Shown here in pieces: positions 61,836 to 64,000 of a stretch of 64,000 nt of DNA. This stretch comes from Eledone cirrhosa (lineage: Eukaryota). Both the position numbers and the translations under genes were made by a program. Position 1 is the first letter of the stretch. Each line of letters starts with the position of its first letter. The notes below the pieces were generated by a model. That model saw only the letters and a program-made list of their open reading frames with translations. It did not search any database and was not told the origin of the DNA. The stretch spans positions 122,264,001-122,328,000 of the forward strand of contig OZ024744.1 of assembly GCA_964016885.1 (NCBI GenBank). The letters run 5' to 3'.

Positions 61836-61942
61836 AACATACATCACTGGCTCTATTCCTCTCACCCAGTCACTTTCATCCCTCCTCAACACATGACCTA
61901 ACCATCTCACTCCATTTCTCTTCACAACATTCACCACTTTCC
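61836..61942. repeat. Orphan, diverged satellite monomer (about 1.2 units) beyond the LINE insertion; true end of the array
   Basis: aacatacatcactggctctattcctctcacccagtcactttcatccctcctcaacacatgacctaaccatctcactccatttctcttcacaacattcaccac aligns to the monomer without gaps. The minus strand reads KVVNVVKRNGVRWLGHVLRRDESDWVRGIE. Confidence 0.93.
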
Positions 61943-62116
61943 TAAATTTGTAAAATATCTAAAAACAGGTTTGTTAATTCAAATGTTTATAGTATCTTTA
62001 CTAGTGGACAGATTGTTGTGAAGATTTGTAGTATTAGTCTGAATGGGGTGGAATGCCTTTTATCCTCCACTTAAGACATGCAAGGATACTGTGAATCTGT
62101 AGCATAGCATTTCTTG

Positions 62117-62330
62117 TCATCATAATCATCTAATTTCTGTATTTCCATGCTTGGGTAAGTTAGACTAGGCCTCCCCTCTACACAATCTCTTTCTTGTTTG
62201 TTATAGTTTCTTGAGGTTATTTCTCATCACCTCCACACGTCATCCTTCTACAGGGTATTCTTGGCACTTCTTCACCCAACAATCAACATCCATTTGCATT
62301 ACATGTCCATACCAGCACAATCTCTCTGCC
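62117..62330 (-). mobile_element. Short, heavily degraded RTE LINE 3' relic
   Basis: The minus strand reads ERLCWYGHVMQMDVDCWVKKCQEYPVEG (about 62245-62328), homologous to MRMEDDHWVKKCQEMPVEG in the LINE at 62661. A residual catcataatcatc tail and a ttccatgc 3'-end-like motif lie at about 62117-62150. Confidence 0.75.
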
Positions 62331-62524
62331 ACAAAACTCCAAAAGAAAAAAATAATCTTTGTTAAATAAGGGAAAACATACCTATTTCTATAGGAGTACA
62401 TTTTTTCACAGATTCTTCAGAACCAAACAAAGCAATTGGATTAGCAAGAGGTGTTTGAATTAACCATTTTTGTACCAACTCACCTGAAACCACAACTAGT
62501 TCTATGATCAGTGGAATAATGTGA

Positions 62525-62662
62525 TGCCCCAGTATGGCCACAGTCTAATGACTGACACCAGTAAAACAGTACTGAGGTTGATATGGTAGACTATATAAAG
62601 GTTGTGCCCCAGTATGGCCACAGTCTAATGACTGAAACCAGTAAAACAGTACTGAGGTTGAT
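62525..62662 (+). repeat. Direct repeat of 58 bp at 80-bp period, probably derived from a SINE 3' end
   Basis: tgccccagtatggccacagtctaatgactga(c/a)accagtaaaacagtactgaggttgat occurs at 62525-62582 and 62605-62662 with one mismatch. It resembles a cephalopod SINE tail from memory (unverified). Confidence 0.8.
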
Positions 62663-62669
62663 CATCATT

Positions 62670-64000
62670 TTACGTCCACTTTTCCTTGCTTGCAAGGGTG
62701 GGACAGTCCTATTCAGCACAGCATCACTCCACTTGTCACGGTCCTTCGTCATCTCCTCTGTGAGTTTCAGCGATATGAGGTCTGCTCTCACCACCTCCAC
62801 CCATGTTATTCGTGGTCTTCCTTCTACTGGCATTTCTTGGCACTTCTTAACCCAATGGTCATCTTCCATGCGCATCACATATCCATACTATCTCAGTCTT
62901 CTCTCCTGCACACCACAACTTATCCCTCTTATACCCAGTTTCTTTCTCAACTCGTCTATGCTTGGTCGTTCACACACATTGACATTGCACATCTATCAGA
63001 GCATGCTTGCTTCATTTCTCTCCAGCCATCACATATCCTCTGCAGTTGCTGCCCACGTCTCACTACCATGCAGCATCGCGCATCTCACACAGGCATCATA
63101 TAACCAGCCTTTCGTACATAGGGAGAAACCCTTCTTTGTCAACAGAGGAAGCAGCTCCCTAAACTTCTTCCAACCCGTCCTTATTCTAGATACTATGGCC
63201 TCGGAGCACTTCCCTCACATGCTAATCTGATTACCTAGGTACCGGAAGCTATCAACCACTTCTATAGAACCCGTCTGCATTTGAAAAATGTGTCTATCAC
63301 TGCCACTTCTACTGTCAAATTTCCCTGTACATCTACTGCATATGTAGTTTTCCCTACCTATTAGTTTGCCTGCTATCCCACTACATCTCTTGTGTACCCT
63401 AGATCTGCATTGTGGACATTTTATAGAATTTATGCCAGCTCCTTTTCTACATATCGAACATGGCTATTTCCCTGACGGAATCAGAGAGTTGTCCTCTTTC
63501 AAACTTATCACCACTTTAGTCTTAGCTAGGTTCACTCACAGTCCCCTTAATTCCAACTGCTGTTTCCATAGCCAGAATTTATTCTCTAGCTCCTCTACTG
63601 ATTCTGCTATAAGTACCATATCATCAGCATAGAGAAGTTCCATGGGCAGCCAGTTTTAATCTCCTCTGTTTTGGCTTGGAGGACTATAATGAACAAGAGC
63701 GGGCTGAGGACCGAACCCTGATGTACTCCTACTTGTATCTGGAATTCCTCACTAAACTCCATTCCTACTCTGACTTTACTGACAGCACCTTGTACATAGC
63801 TTGCAGCAGTCCTCAAAAGTCATTCCTCAACACCTAGATTCCTTAGGGACCACCAGATGACAGATTGGGTTACCCTATCAAAGGCCTTCTCTAGATCAAC
63901 AAAAGCTAAATATAGTGGCTTATTCTTCTTTTGTAGTTGTCTCACTAAGAAGGGGGCATCTGTTGTACTCTTGCCAGGCACAAAACCAAACTGCATCTCA
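62670..64000 (-). pseudogene. Disrupted LINE ORF: reverse transcriptase, PHD-type finger and RTE C-terminal region
   Basis: Minus strand reads MQFGFVPGKSTTDA, LYLAFVDLEKAFDRV, GVEE*L, GVHQGSVLSPLLFIIVL, then a frameshift to LLYADDMVL (YADD at 63620-63631), and ERRLR*YGYVMRMEDDHWVKKC...GRPRITWVEVVRAD. Several Trp codons are now stops, and there are frameshifts. Confidence 0.92.
63329..63460 (-). other. C4HC3 PHD-type zinc finger coding segment within the LINE ORF
   Basis: Manual translation: CSIC-RKGAGINSIK-CPQC-RSRV-H-KR-C-SGIAGKLIGRENYI-CSRC (44 aa), with all eight ligands present. Confidence 0.8.

Larger units (their letters stand above)
62661..64000 (-). mobile_element. RTE-clade non-LTR retrotransposon (LINE), 3' part, inactive; continues beyond the right window edge
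   Basis: Contains RT motifs, a C-terminal RTE motif, and a 3' end ...gcaagcaaggaaaagtggacgtaaaatgatgat with a (GAT)n tail at 62661. Confidence 0.93.

Noticed and set aside
62583-63632. + strand ORFs 62583-63230, 62690-63103 and 63366-63632
   Set aside because: They are antisense shadows of the LINE ORF with no recognisable domain.
62661-64000. Active RT, or a prokaryotic RT system (retron, DGR, group II intron) templating the array
   Set aside because: The motifs and GAT tail are those of an RTE LINE, the ORF has several stops and frameshifts, and its sequence is too divergent to be the direct template. HOR structure points to DNA-level duplication.

Overview
Eukaryotic (animal) repeat DNA with no credible host gene. 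Positions 1-61288 are one uninterrupted head-to-tail array of a 90-bp monomer (about 680 copies, running off the left edge). The + strand consensus is atgacccaaccatctcacactatctctcttcacaacatccatcactacctctattcctctcacccagtcactttcatacttcctcaacac. Variant monomers are organised into nested higher-order repeats (HORs) that differ between a left and a right domain. The main observation is that the minus strand of each monomer reads as exactly 30 codons, VVMDVVKRDSVRWLGHVLRKxxSDWVRGIE. This matches the conserved C-terminal RLRW(Y/F)GHVxR....WV motif of RTE-clade LINE ORFs, and three degraded RTE copies in the last 2.7 kb carry the same motif. The satellite therefore appears to be an amplified piece of retrotransposon coding sequence. 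The array edge is captured: monomers diverge, a 5'-truncated RTE (+) is inserted into a terminal monomer and strands one orphan monomer, and then come a short RTE relic (-), an 80-bp-period SINE-like dimer and a larger RTE pseudogene (-) with RT motifs and a C4HC3 PHD-type finger. The LINE and SINE tails resemble octopus/cephalopod repeats as I recall them (unverified). ORFs inside the array are treated as by-products of repeat structure.
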